A stretch of DNA of 64,000 nt from Escherichia coli (GTDB lineage: Bacteria > Pseudomonadota > Gammaproteobacteria > Enterobacterales > Enterobacteriaceae): NCBI RefSeq assembly GCF_003018235.1, contig NZ_CP027437.1; one strand, given 5' to 3'. The notes beneath the pieces are model-generated. The model did no database searches and was not told the origin of the DNA. It saw only the letters and a program-made list of their open reading frames with translations. Of the stretch, positions 43,118 to 53,758 are shown piece after piece (positions within the stretch are counted from its first letter, which is position 1; each line of letters opens with the position of its first letter). The translations under genes were made by a program, and so were the position numbers.

Positions 43118-44850
43118 GCCAGGGATTCCTGCACATGAAGGCTTGCAGCATAACGTTTTTTCGCTTCCGCACGGGCAGGCTTGCCGGAGGACGTTCGGGG
43201 AATACTGTGGGGCGGCAACAGATCGATAGCCGCTGTTACGCCAAATTCGCTTTGGATCCGTGCTACCAGTGCGTGGATAAGCTGCCCACGACGTTCTTCG
43301 TCGCTGATCCTACACTGGATCTGCAGAATGATTTTTTCCTGGGCGGTAACAAAAGCAATCGCATCGCCAGAATGAATTTCCGGTTCCTGTTCCGCAATAT
43401 ATTCAATATCCTGCGGCCAGATATTACGGCCACGAATAATAATCAGATCTTTAATGCGTCCGGTGACATACAGATAACCGTCCAGCAGATAACCGAGGTC
43501 GCCGGTGTCTAACCAGCCCGTCGCGGCAATCTCGTCTTGTGAAATCTGGTCGCCAAAGTAACCGCTCATCAGGCTAGGGCCGGAGATGCAAATATGGCCT
43601 ACCACACGTTCCGCGACAGGTATACCTGCTTCATTGCGGATTTCAATGCCATGTTCCGGCAACGCTTTACCGCAGTTGACGAAAGTCGATACGGCGCGTG
43701 TTTCAGCATCCGGCGCGACGGCTTTGCCCTGATATTCGAGGATGTCGCGATCCACTTCGTTAACCACAACCCCGGAAGCTTCATCAGAGAAGCTGACAGC
43801 CAGCGCATTTTCTGCCAGTCCGTAGCACGGCATGAAAGTTTTATCGTCAAAGTTGACCTGACGGAAACATTCAGCGAATTGATGGAGTTGTTCTGCGGAG
43901 ATGGGTTCTGCACCAATACCAGCGACGCGCCAGCAGGAAAGATCCAGTTCAGCGAGATCTTTTTCATTCACGCGGCGCTGGCACAATTCATAGCCAAACG
44001 GCGGCGCAACGGAAACGGTGCCGCGATTTTTACTGATCAATTTAAGCCATTGCAGAGGACGCATGGCAAAATCCTGAGTGCGCAAATAATCTACTGAAAG
44101 CTGCGTGGCGACGGGGGGCAGGAGAAAGCCGACCAGTCCCATATCATGGTAGAAAGGCAGCCAGGAGACGCAGCGGTCGCCAGGGCGTAATTTAATGCCA
44201 TCGTGGCTTATAGCACGTAGATTAGCCATCACTTCGCGATGGGTGATAATGACGCCACGGGGAAAACGGGTGCTGCCGGAGGTGTACTGGAGGTAGGCGA
44301 TATCGTTCGGAACTGGACGCTGGAGCGCAACATCGGCTTCCGGTAATGCCTTAAACCAGGCGTGGCTTAAAACATGTAATTCGGGGTTGTTATGCGTAGC
44401 GGCATTGACCAGTGGCAACCACTCATCACCAGTGATAATGGCTGCGGGCTGGCAACTTGCCAGTAAACCCTGCAGTTTGGCGCTCCAGGAATCCCGCTGA
44501 CCGACGCCCATTGGAATCGCCAACGGGACGGCGACTAAGCCGGCATACTGGCAGGAAAAAAAAGCCTCTACGAACCCGCTACTGGTTTCGGCAATCAGCG
44601 CCACGCGATCGCCTTTTTTCAGGTTCAGCGATAACAACCGCTTCGCACCAGCTTCGGCACGCGCTTTTAACGTCTGATATTCCAGTTGATCTTCAAGTTG
44701 GCAACGTCTGTCATAAAAATTCATTCCGGCGCTACTCAGAGCGGCGTAGTCCAAAGCATCAACCAGCGTTGGAAAATCGGCATAGCGCATAGGTAGGGAA
44801 TGCGTAAAGATTTTATTAGACATATACACCACGAAAAAATTGGATATCAA
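43114..44850 (-). CDS. Adenylate-forming acyl-AMP ligase / acyl-ACP synthetase-like enzyme; start uncertain
   Basis: 578-aa ORF; AMP-binding motif YTSGSTRFPRG; 4-nt overlap with the downstream reductase gene. Confidence 0.7.
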   Translation of the reverse strand: MISNFFVVYMSNKIFTHSLPMRYADFPTLVDALDYAALSSAGMNFYDRRCQLEDQLEYQTLKARAEAGAKRLLSLNLKKGDRVALIAETSSGFVEAFFSCQYAGLVAVPLAIPMGVGQRDSWSAKLQGLLASCQPAAIITGDEWLPLVNAATHNNPELHVLSHAWFKALPEADVALQRPVPNDIAYLQYTSGSTRFPRGVIITHREVMANLRAISHDGIKLRPGDRCVSWLPFYHDMGLVGFLLPPVATQLSVDYLRTQDFAMRPLQWLKLISKNRGTVSVAPPFGYELCQRRVNEKDLAELDLSCWRVAGIGAEPISAEQLHQFAECFRQVNFDDKTFMPCYGLAENALAVSFSDEASGVVVNEVDRDILEYQGKAVAPDAETRAVSTFVNCGKALPEHGIEIRNEAGIPVAERVVGHICISGPSLMSGYFGDQISQDEIAATGWLDTGDLGYLLDGYLYVTGRIKDLIIIRGRNIWPQDIEYIAEQEPEIHSGDAIAFVTAQEKIILQIQCRISDEERRGQLIHALVARIQSEFGVTAAIDLLPPHSIPRTSSGKPARAEAKKRYAASLHVQESLA

Positions 44851-45194
44851 AAATAAAATGACAATAATGCGGTGGATTATATAGGCATAAAAGATAAATG
44901 AGATAGTATTTTCATCAGTGTGAAAATGAACATTGATTTAAATAATGAGTTTGAGTTTTTTTGTTTTTATTGTGAATGATATTTAATTTATGAATGTATT
45001 AAGAAGAAGCCTTGTCCGGTCGCCTTAAATCGACAAAAGGCATTGTGGCGCTTCTGTGTAGTCTCTGACCTTATCGTAATCATTAATAAATGCTATTTAT
45101 TCGTCGTTTGTATTCATTGGGTTGATTATTAAGGTGCCGTTCGTTGCTGTTGCAACCTGTTTGTCACCGTTAATTATTTGTTACCCACAGAACT

Positions 45195-46337
45195 ATGGAA
45201 TGCGATCTGCTGATGATTAAAATTGAAAAAGTAATTAATAAAAATGACCTTAAGGCATTTATCGCTTTTCCGTCATCACTTTATCCCGACGATCCAAACT
45301 GGATACCCCCTTTATTCATTGAACGCAACGAGCATTTGTCTGCGAAAAATCCGGGGACGGACCATATCATCTGGCAGGCGTGGGTGGCAAAAAAAGCCGG
45401 GCAGATAGTTGGGCGAATTACCGCGCAAATCGATACCTTGCACCGTGAGCGTTACGGTGAAGATACCGGTCATTTCGGCATGATTGACGCCATTGATGAT
45501 CCGCAGGTTTTTGCCGCGTTGTTTGGCGCAGCGGAAGCGTGGTTGAAGTCACAAGGAGCAAGTAAGATCAGCGGGCCTTTCAGCCTGAATATCAATCAGG
45601 AAAGCGGATTACTGATTGAAGGTTTCGATACACCACCCTGTGCGATGATGCCGCACGGTAAACCGTGGTATGCCGCGCATATTGAACAATTGGGTTATCA
45701 CAAAGGCATTGATTTACTGGCGTGGTGGATGCAGCGAACCGATCTCACTTTCTCTCCGGCGCTAAAAAAACTGATGGATCAGGTGCGTAAGAAGGTGACC
45801 ATTCGCTGCATCAATCGCCAGCGGTTTGCCGAAGAGATGCAGATCCTGCGTGAGATTTTCAACTCTGGCTGGCAGCACAACTGGGGATTTGTGCCGTTTA
45901 CCGAACATGAATTCGCGACCATGGGCGATCAACTTAAATATCTGGTGCCGGACGATATGATCTACATCGCTGAGATTGATTCTGCACCCTGCGCGTTTAT
46001 TGTCGGCTTGCCAAACATCAACGAGGCGATTGCCGATCTGAACGGATCGCTCTTTCCCTTCGGCTGGGCAAAATTGCTGTGGCGTTTAAAAGTCAGCGGT
46101 GTGCGAACTGCGCGAGTACCGCTGATGGGCGTGCGGGACGAGTATCAGTTTAGCCGCATCGGCCCGGTGATTGCGCTGTTATTGATTGAAGCCTTACGCG
46201 ATCCGTTTGCCCGCCGGAAGATCGATGCGCTGGAAATGTCATGGATCCTCGAAACCAATACAGGCATGAATAACATGCTGGAACGCATTGGGGCGGAGCC
46301 GTACAAGCGTTACCGATTGTATGAAAAGCAGATTTAA
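45195..46337 (+). CDS. yghO: GNAT-fold acyltransferase-like protein, intact
   Basis: 380-aa ORF, divergent from the lipid operon across an AT-rich region; GNAT assignment is from recollection of this family, not a motif scan. Confidence 0.6.
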   Translation: MECDLLMIKIEKVINKNDLKAFIAFPSSLYPDDPNWIPPLFIERNEHLSAKNPGTDHIIWQAWVAKKAGQIVGRITAQIDTLHRERYGEDTGHFGMIDAIDDPQVFAALFGAAEAWLKSQGASKISGPFSLNINQESGLLIEGFDTPPCAMMPHGKPWYAAHIEQLGYHKGIDLLAWWMQRTDLTFSPALKKLMDQVRKKVTIRCINRQRFAEEMQILREIFNSGWQHNWGFVPFTEHEFATMGDQLKYLVPDDMIYIAEIDSAPCAFIVGLPNINEAIADLNGSLFPFGWAKLLWRLKVSGVRTARVPLMGVRDEYQFSRIGPVIALLLIEALRDPFARRKIDALEMSWILETNTGMNNMLERIGAEPYKRYRLYEKQI

Positions 46338-46343
46338 TACCAG

Positions 46344-47108
46344 CTAACTCTGGTTCATCTCCAGCGGCACCGCCGAGCGAATCAAATGGTGGCCTTCCAG
46401 CTCGATATCGTGGAGATTCTTTTTCACGGTCCGCACATGATCGCGTGCTGCGCGCTGGGCGACGTGCGGCAGCCGCTGCAACACCGCGTTGTAGATCCGC
46501 GCATGCTGGCGATCGATCTGCTTTTTTTGCTGTGGTCGATGGTAGAGATTATTTACGCTGGCAAACACTGAATTAAACATCAGGTCGGTCAATGATTGCA
46601 GTGTAAACACCAACACCTGATTGTGAGAAGCCTGACAAATGGCGAGATGGAAAGCGTGATCCAACTGCGCATGTTCGATCAGCGAAATCTCTTTGTTGTT
46701 CTCACTGGCGGCGAGCATTTTTTCATAACAGCGGGTTATCACAACAAAATCAGCCTGCGTTCCCAGCGTTGCCGCCAGCCTTGCCGATTCGCCCTCCAGC
46801 AATGCGCGAACGTCGAGCAGATCATACAGCGTTCGCGGCTGCGTACTGAACAGATGGATCAGCGGGCTGGTGTCCTGCACCCGATTAAGCCGTGCGACAC
46901 GAGAATCGCGACCCTGCGCCGTTTCAATAATCCCGCGCCCGCGCAGCACGGTCAGCCCTTCACGCAGTGCGGAGCGTGAGAAGCCGAGCTTTTCACACAG
47001 TCGACGTTCCGAGGGAAGCGGCTGACCGACCTTCAGTACGCCGTCGATAATTAACCGTTCGATACTCTCTGCAACCACTTCGCAAATAGGGCGACGTTCA
47101 TCTTTCAT
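46344..47108 (-). CDS. glcC: GntR/FadR-family transcriptional activator of the glc operon
   Basis: 254 aa from ATG at 47108 (MKDERRPICEVVAESIE); divergent from glcD. Confidence 0.9.
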   Translation of the reverse strand: MKDERRPICEVVAESIERLIIDGVLKVGQPLPSERRLCEKLGFSRSALREGLTVLRGRGIIETAQGRDSRVARLNRVQDTSPLIHLFSTQPRTLYDLLDVRALLEGESARLAATLGTQADFVVITRCYEKMLAASENNKEISLIEHAQLDHAFHLAICQASHNQVLVFTLQSLTDLMFNSVFASVNNLYHRPQQKKQIDRQHARIYNAVLQRLPHVAQRAARDHVRTVKKNLHDIELEGHHLIRSAVPLEMNQS

Positions 47109-47358
47109 TCCCGGACCTCGTGCACAGGTAGGACCAATTTTTCTGTTCTTGACTCGCAAAACACGCACATCACGTAAGTGATTATGTTACATCAATTTAA
47201 CATTAAGTTAACCAAGACAAGGTCACAGAGCTGGAAAAAAAATGGTCTGACCGGTAGCTAAAGAGATAGACGAAAACGAAAAGCCCGCTTAATAACTGTT
47301 CACAGAAGCAGCGCGCAAAAATCAGCTGCCACACAACACAACAAAGCGAAGCCTACTC

Positions 47359-48858
47359 ATGAGCATCTTGTACGAAGAGCGTCTTGATGGCGCTTTACCC
47401 GATGTCGACCGCACATCGGTACTGATGGCACTGCGTGAGCATGTCCCTGGACTGGAGATCCTGCATACCGATGAGGAGATCATTCCTTACGAGTGTGACG
47501 GGTTGAGCGCGTATCGCACGCGTCCATTACTGGTTGTTCTGCCTAAGCAAATGGAACAGGTGACAGCGATTCTGGCTGTTTGTCACCGCCTGCGTGTACC
47601 GGTGGTGACCCGTGGTGCAGGCACCGGGCTTTCTGGTGGCGCGCTGCCGCTGGAAAAAGGTGTGTTGTTGGTGATGGCGCGCTTTAAAGAGATCCTCGAC
47701 ATTAACCCCGTTGGTCGCCGCGCGCGCGCGCAGCCGGGCGTGCGTAACCTGGCGATCTCCCAGGCCGTTGCGCCGCATAATCTCTATTACGCGCCGGATC
47801 CTTCCTCACAAATCGCCTGTTCAATTGGCGGCAATGTGGCGGAAAATGCCGGTGGCGTCCACTGCCTGAAATATGGTCTGACCGTACATAACCTGCTGAA
47901 AATTGAAGTGCAAACGCTGGACGGCGAGGCGCTGACGCTGGGATCGGACGCGCTGGATTCGCCTGGTTTTGACCTGCTGGCGCTGTTCACCGGATCGGAA
48001 GGTATGCTCGGCGTGACCACCGAAGTAACGGTGAAGCTGTTGCCGAAGCCGCCCGTGGCGCGGGTTCTGTTAGCCAGCTTTGACTCGGTAGAAAAAGCCG
48101 GACTTGCAGTTGGTGACATCATCGCCAATGGCATTATCCCCGGCGGGCTGGAGATGATGGATAACCTGTCGATCCGCGCGGCGGAAGATTTTATTCATGC
48201 CGGTTATCCCGTCGACGCCGAAGCGATTTTGTTATGCGAGCTGGACGGCGTGGAGTCTGACGTACAGGAAGACTGCGAGCGGGTTAACGACATCTTGTTA
48301 AAAGCGGGCGCGACTGACGTCCGTCTGGCACAGGACGAAGCAGAGCGCGTACGTTTCTGGGCCGGTCGCAAAAATGCGTTCCCTGCGGTAGGACGAATCT
48401 CCCCGGATTACTACTGCATGGATGGCACCATCCCGCGCCGTGCCCTGCCTGGCGTACTGGAAGGCATTGCCCGTTTATCGCAGCAATATGATTTACGTGT
48501 TGCTAACGTCTTTCATGCCGGAGACGGCAACATGCACCCGTTAATCCTTTTCGATGCCAACGAACCCGGTGAATTTGCCCGCGCGGAAGAGCTGGGCGGG
48601 AAGATCCTCGAACTCTGCGTTGAAGTTGGCGGCAGCATCAGTGGGGAACATGGCATCGGGCGAGAAAAAATCAATCAAATGTGCGCCCAGTTCAACAGCG
48701 ATGAAATCACGACCTTCCATGCGGTCAAGGCGGCGTTTGACCCCGATGGTTTGCTGAACCCTGGGAAAAACATTCCCACGCTACACCGCTGTGCTGAATT
48801 TGGTGCCATGCATGTGCATCACGGTCATTTACCTTTCCCTGAACTGGAGCGTTTCTGA
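47359..48858 (+). CDS. glcD: Glycolate oxidase FAD-binding subunit
   Basis: 499-aa ORF; FAD-binding PCMH fold. Confidence 0.9.
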   Translation: MSILYEERLDGALPDVDRTSVLMALREHVPGLEILHTDEEIIPYECDGLSAYRTRPLLVVLPKQMEQVTAILAVCHRLRVPVVTRGAGTGLSGGALPLEKGVLLVMARFKEILDINPVGRRARAQPGVRNLAISQAVAPHNLYYAPDPSSQIACSIGGNVAENAGGVHCLKYGLTVHNLLKIEVQTLDGEALTLGSDALDSPGFDLLALFTGSEGMLGVTTEVTVKLLPKPPVARVLLASFDSVEKAGLAVGDIIANGIIPGGLEMMDNLSIRAAEDFIHAGYPVDAEAILLCELDGVESDVQEDCERVNDILLKAGATDVRLAQDEAERVRFWAGRKNAFPAVGRISPDYYCMDGTIPRRALPGVLEGIARLSQQYDLRVANVFHAGDGNMHPLILFDANEPGEFARAEELGGKILELCVEVGGSISGEHGIGREKINQMCAQFNSDEITTFHAVKAAFDPDGLLNPGKNIPTLHRCAEFGAMHVHHGHLPFPELERF

Positions 48859-49910
48859 TGCTACGCGAGTGTGATTACAGCCAGGCGCTGCTGGAGCAGG
48901 TGAATCAGGCGATTAGCGATAAAACGCCGCTGGTGATTCAGGGCAGCAATAGCAAAGCCTTTTTAGGTCGTCCTGTCACCGGGCAAACGCTGGATGTGCG
49001 TTGTCATCGCGGCATTGTTAATTACGACCCGACCGAGCTGGTGATAACCGCTCGTGCCGGAACGCCGCTGGTGGCGATTGAAGCGGCGCTGGAGAGCGCC
49101 GGGCAAATGCTCCCCTGCGAGCCGCCACATTATGGTGAAGAAGCCACCTGGGGCGGGATGGTCGCCTGCGGGCTGGCGGGGCCGCGTCGCCCGTGGAGCG
49201 GTTCGATCCGCGATTTTGTCCTCGGCACGCGCATCATTACCGGCACTGGAAAACATCTGCGTTTTGGTGGCGAAGTGATGAAAAACGTTGCTGGATACGA
49301 CCTCTCACGGTTAATGGCCGGAAGCTACGGTTGTCTGGGTGTGCTCACTGAAATCTCGATGAAAGTGTTACCGCTACCACGCGCCACCCTGAGTCTGCGT
49401 CGGGAAATCAGCCTGCAAGAAGCCATGAATGAAATCGCCCAGTGGCAACTCCAACCATTACCCATTAGTGGCTTATGTTACTTCGACAATGCGTTGTGGA
49501 TCCGCCTTGAGGGCGGCGAAGGATCGGTAAAAGCAGCGCGTGAACTGCTGGGGGGCGAAGAGGTTGCGGGTCAGTTCTGGCAGCAATTGCGTGAACAACA
49601 ACTGTCGTTCTTCTCGTTACCAGGTACCTTATGGCGCATTTCCTTACCCAGCGATGCGCCGATGATAGTTTTACCCGGCGAGCAACTGATCGACTGGGGC
49701 GGGGCGCTACGCTGGCTGAAATCGACAGCCGAGGACAATCAAATCCATCGCATCGCCCGCAACGCTGGCGGTCATGCGACCCGCTTTAGTGCCGGAGATG
49801 GTGGTTTTGCCCCGCTACCGGCTCCTTTATTCCGCTATCACCAGCAGCTTAAACAGCAGCTCGACCCTTGCGGCGTGTTTAATCCCGGTCGCATGTACGC
49901 GGAGCTTTAA
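48858..49910 (+). CDS. glcE: Glycolate oxidase FAD-binding subunit
   Basis: 350-aa ORF; start overlaps the glcD stop. Confidence 0.9.
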   Translation: MLRECDYSQALLEQVNQAISDKTPLVIQGSNSKAFLGRPVTGQTLDVRCHRGIVNYDPTELVITARAGTPLVAIEAALESAGQMLPCEPPHYGEEATWGGMVACGLAGPRRPWSGSIRDFVLGTRIITGTGKHLRFGGEVMKNVAGYDLSRLMAGSYGCLGVLTEISMKVLPLPRATLSLRREISLQEAMNEIAQWQLQPLPISGLCYFDNALWIRLEGGEGSVKAARELLGGEEVAGQFWQQLREQQLSFFSLPGTLWRISLPSDAPMIVLPGEQLIDWGGALRWLKSTAEDNQIHRIARNAGGHATRFSAGDGGFAPLPAPLFRYHQQLKQQLDPCGVFNPGRMYAEL

Positions 49911-49920
49911 GGAGCAGGCT

Positions 49921-51144
49921 ATGCAAACCCAATTAACCGAAGAGATGCGGCAGAACGCGCGGGCGCTGGAAGCCGACAGCATCCTGCGCGCCTGTGTTCA
50001 CTGCGGATTTTGTACCGCAACCTGCCCAACCTATCAGCTTCTGGGCGATGAACTGGACGGGCCGCGCGGGCGCATCTATCTGATTAAACAGGTGCTGGAA
50101 GGCAACGAAGTCACGCTTAAAACACAGGAGCATCTCGATCGCTGTCTCACTTGCCGCAATTGTGAAACCACCTGTCCTTCTGGTGTGCGCTATCACAATT
50201 TGCTGGATATCGGGCGTGATATTGTCGAGCAGAAAGTGAAACGCCCACTGCCGGAGCGAATGCTGCGCGAAGGATTGCGCCAGGTAGTGCCGCGTCCGGC
50301 GGTCTTCCGTGCGCTGACGCAGGTAGGGCTGGTGCTGCGACCGTTTTTACCGGAACAGGTCAGAGCAAAACTGCCTGCTGAAACCGTGAAAGCTAAACCG
50401 CGTCCACCGCTGCGCCATAAGCGTCGGGTTTTAATGCTGGAAGGCTGCGCCCAGCCTACGCTTTCGCCCAACACCAACGCGGCAACTGCGCGAGTGCTGG
50501 ATCGTCTGGGGATCAGCGTCATGCCAGCTAACGAAGCAGGCTGTTGTGGCGCGGTGGACTATCATCTTAATGCGCAAGAGAAAGGGTTAGCGCGGGCGCG
50601 CAATAATATTGATGCCTGGTGGCCCGCGATTGAAGCAGGTGCCGAGGCAATTTTGCAAACCGCCAGCGGTTGCGGCGCGTTCGTTAAAGAGTATGGGCAG
50701 ATGCTGAAAAACGATGCGTTGTATGCCGATAAAGCGCGTCAGGTCAGTGAACTGGCGGTCGATTTAGTCGAACTTCTGCGCAAGGAACCGCTGGAAAAAC
50801 TGGCAATTCGCGGCGATAAAAAACTGGCCTTCCACTGCCCGTGTACCCTGCAACATGCGCAAAAGCTGAACGGCGAAGTGGAAAAAGTGTTACTTCGTCT
50901 TGGATTTACCTTAACGGACGTTCCCGACAGCCATCTGTGCTGCGGTTCAGCGGGAACATATGCGTTAACGCATCCCGATCTGGCACGCCAGCTGCGGGAT
51001 AACAAAATGAATGCGCTGGAAAGCGGCAAACCGGAAATGATCGTCACCGCCAACATTGGTTGCCAGACGCAGCTGGCGAGCGCCGGTCGTACCTCTGTGC
51101 GTCACTGGATTGAAATTGTAGAACAAGCCCTTGAAAAGGAATAA
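49921..51144 (+). CDS. glcF: Glycolate oxidase iron-sulfur subunit
   Basis: 407 aa from ATG at 49921; motifs CxxCxxCxxxCP (CVHCGFCTATCP, CLTCRNCETTCP). Confidence 0.9.
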   Translation: MQTQLTEEMRQNARALEADSILRACVHCGFCTATCPTYQLLGDELDGPRGRIYLIKQVLEGNEVTLKTQEHLDRCLTCRNCETTCPSGVRYHNLLDIGRDIVEQKVKRPLPERMLREGLRQVVPRPAVFRALTQVGLVLRPFLPEQVRAKLPAETVKAKPRPPLRHKRRVLMLEGCAQPTLSPNTNAATARVLDRLGISVMPANEAGCCGAVDYHLNAQEKGLARARNNIDAWWPAIEAGAEAILQTASGCGAFVKEYGQMLKNDALYADKARQVSELAVDLVELLRKEPLEKLAIRGDKKLAFHCPCTLQHAQKLNGEVEKVLLRLGFTLTDVPDSHLCCGSAGTYALTHPDLARQLRDNKMNALESGKPEMIVTANIGCQTQLASAGRTSVRHWIEIVEQALEKE

Positions 51145-51148
51145 CAAA

Positions 51149-51553
51149 ATGAAAACTAAAGTCATTCTTAGCCAGCAAATGGCGAGTGCAATTATTGCCG
51201 CAGGTCAGGAAGAGGCGCAGAAAAATAACTGGTCTGTTTCCATTGCTGTTGCCGATGACGGCGGTCATCTGCTGGCGTTAAGTCGCATGGACGATTGCGC
51301 GCCGATTGCGGCTTACATCTCCCAGGAGAAAGCGCGTACCGCCGCGCTGGGGCGTCGTGAAACTAAGGGCTATGAAGAGATGGTGAACAACGGACGTACC
51401 GCGTTCGTGACTGCGCCGTTATTAACGTCGCTGGAAGGCGGCGTACCGGTTGTTGTGGATGGGCAAATTATTGGTGCCGTGGGCGTTTCTGGTTTAACCG
51501 GAGTACAGGATGCGCAGGTCGCGAAAGCGGCAGCAGCGGTGTTGGCGAAATAA
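51149..51553 (+). CDS. glcG: GlcG (heme-binding-like, DUF336)
   Basis: 134 aa from ATG at 51149 (MKTKVILSQQ). Confidence 0.85.
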   Translation: MKTKVILSQQMASAIIAAGQEEAQKNNWSVSIAVADDGGHLLALSRMDDCAPIAAYISQEKARTAALGRRETKGYEEMVNNGRTAFVTAPLLTSLEGGVPVVVDGQIIGAVGVSGLTGVQDAQVAKAAAAVLAK

Positions 51554-51574
51554 GCGAAAACGAGGAGATAAACA

Positions 51575-53746
51575 ATGAGTCAAACCATAACCCAGGGCCG
51601 TTTACGCATTGACGCCAATTTTAAACGTTTTGTGGATGAAGAAGTTTTACCGGGAACAGGGCTGGACGCTGCGGCGTTCTGGCGCAATTTTGATGAGATC
51701 GTTCACGATCTGGCACCAGAAAATCGTCAGTTGCTGGCAGAACGCGATCGCATTCAGGCGGCGCTTGATGAGTGGCATCGCAGCAATCCGGGGCCGGTAA
51801 AAGATAAAGCGGCCTATAAATCTTTCCTGCGTGAACTGGGCTATCTCGTGCCGCAGCCTGACCACGTTACGGTGGAAACCACGGGCATCGACAGCGAAAT
51901 CACCAGTCAGGCGGGGCCACAGCTGGTGGTTCCGGCAATGAATGCCCGCTACGCGCTGAACGCGGCGAACGCTCGCTGGGGCTCACTGTACGATGCGTTA
52001 TACGGCAGCGACATCATCCCGCAGGAAGGGGCGATGGTCAGCGGCTACGATCCGCAGCGCGGTGAGCAGGTTATCGCCTGGGTTCGGCGTTTCCTCGATG
52101 AATCTCTACCGCTGGAAAACGGCAGCTATCAGGATGTCGTGGCGTTTAAGGTGGTCGACAAACAATTACGTATCCAGTTGAAAAATGGTAAAGAAACCAC
52201 GTTACGTACCCCGGCACAGTTTGTCGGTTATCGTGGCGATGCTGCTGCGCCGACCTGCATTTTGCTGAAAAATAACGGCCTGCATATTGAGCTACAAATC
52301 GATGCCAACGGGCGGATTGGTAAAGACGATCCGGCGCATATCAACGACGTAATCGTCGAAGCTGCCATCAGTACCATTCTCGACTGCGAAGATTCGGTCG
52401 CTGCGGTTGATGCGGAAGATAAAATCCTGCTGTACCGCAACCTTCTGGGCCTGATGCAGGGGACTCTGCAAGAGAAAATGGAGAAAAACGGTCGGCAAAT
52501 CGTGCGTAAACTGAATGACGATCGTCAGTACACCGCCGCCGATGGCTCTGAAATTTCTCTGCACGGACGCTCGTTGCTGTTTATCCGCAACGTGGGTCAT
52601 TTGATGACCATTCCTGTGATTTGGGACAGCGAAGGCAATGAAATCCCGGAAGGCATTCTTGATGGCGTCATGACTGGCGCGATTGCCCTCTATGATTTAA
52701 AAGTGCAGAAAAACTCGCGCACTGGCAGCGTCTATATTGTGAAACCGAAAATGCACGGTCCGCAGGAAGTGGCGTTCGCCAACAAACTGTTTACCCGCGT
52801 TGAGACAATGCTCGGCATGGCGCCGAATACCCTGAAAATGGGCATAATGGATGAAGAACGCCGGACCTCGCTGAACTTGCGTAGCTGTATCGCTCAGGCG
52901 CGCAACCGCGTGGCGTTCATCAATACCGGTTTCCTCGACCGTACCGGCGATGAAATGCATTCGGTGATGGAAGCGGGCCCGATGCTGCGTAAAAACCAGA
53001 TGAAATCGACGCCGTGGATCAAAGCCTACGAGCGTAATAACGTGCTTTCCGGTCTGTTCTGTGGGCTGCGTGGCAAAGCGCAAATCGGTAAAGGCATGTG
53101 GGCAATGCCGGATCTGATGGCAGACATGTACAGCCAGAAGGGCGACCAACTGCGTGCCGGGGCAAACACGGCCTGGGTTCCGTCGCCAACTGCCGCTACG
53201 CTCCATGCGCTGCACTACCACCAAACCAACGTACAGAGCGTGCAGGCCAACATTGCCCAGAGCGAGTTCAATGCTGAATTTGAACCGCTGCTGGACGATC
53301 TGCTGACTATTCCGGTGGCTGAAAACGCTAACTGGTCGGTGGAAGAGATCCAACAAGAGCTGGATAACAACGTGCAGGGGATTCTGGGGTACGTGGTGCG
53401 TTGGGTGGAGCAGGGGATTGGTTGTTCAAAAGTGCCGGATATTCACAACGTGGCGCTGATGGAAGACCGCGCAACGCTGCGCATCTCCAGCCAGCATATC
53501 GCCAACTGGTTACGTCACGGTATTCTGACCAAAGAACAGGTGCAGGCGTCGCTGGAGAATATGGCGAAAGTGGTTGATCAGCAAAACGCTGGCGATCCGG
53601 CTTATCGTCCGATGGCGGGGAATTTCGCTAACTCGTGTGCTTTTAAAGCTGCCAGCGATTTAATCTTCCTCGGCGTGAAACAGCCAAACGGCTATACCGA
53701 ACCGCTATTACACGCCTGGCGTTTACGCGAAAAAGAAAGTCATTAA
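51575..53746 (+). CDS. glcB: Malate synthase G
   Basis: 723-aa ORF; size and synteny. Confidence 0.95.
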   Translation: MSQTITQGRLRIDANFKRFVDEEVLPGTGLDAAAFWRNFDEIVHDLAPENRQLLAERDRIQAALDEWHRSNPGPVKDKAAYKSFLRELGYLVPQPDHVTVETTGIDSEITSQAGPQLVVPAMNARYALNAANARWGSLYDALYGSDIIPQEGAMVSGYDPQRGEQVIAWVRRFLDESLPLENGSYQDVVAFKVVDKQLRIQLKNGKETTLRTPAQFVGYRGDAAAPTCILLKNNGLHIELQIDANGRIGKDDPAHINDVIVEAAISTILDCEDSVAAVDAEDKILLYRNLLGLMQGTLQEKMEKNGRQIVRKLNDDRQYTAADGSEISLHGRSLLFIRNVGHLMTIPVIWDSEGNEIPEGILDGVMTGAIALYDLKVQKNSRTGSVYIVKPKMHGPQEVAFANKLFTRVETMLGMAPNTLKMGIMDEERRTSLNLRSCIAQARNRVAFINTGFLDRTGDEMHSVMEAGPMLRKNQMKSTPWIKAYERNNVLSGLFCGLRGKAQIGKGMWAMPDLMADMYSQKGDQLRAGANTAWVPSPTAATLHALHYHQTNVQSVQANIAQSEFNAEFEPLLDDLLTIPVAENANWSVEEIQQELDNNVQGILGYVVRWVEQGIGCSKVPDIHNVALMEDRATLRISSQHIANWLRHGILTKEQVQASLENMAKVVDQQNAGDPAYRPMAGNFANSCAFKAASDLIFLGVKQPNGYTEPLLHAWRLREKESH

Positions 53747-53758
53747 TAGCGTCAAAAA

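Noticed and set aside
52697-53356. 219-aa ORF antisense to glcB
   Set aside because: Shadow ORF opposite malate synthase G.
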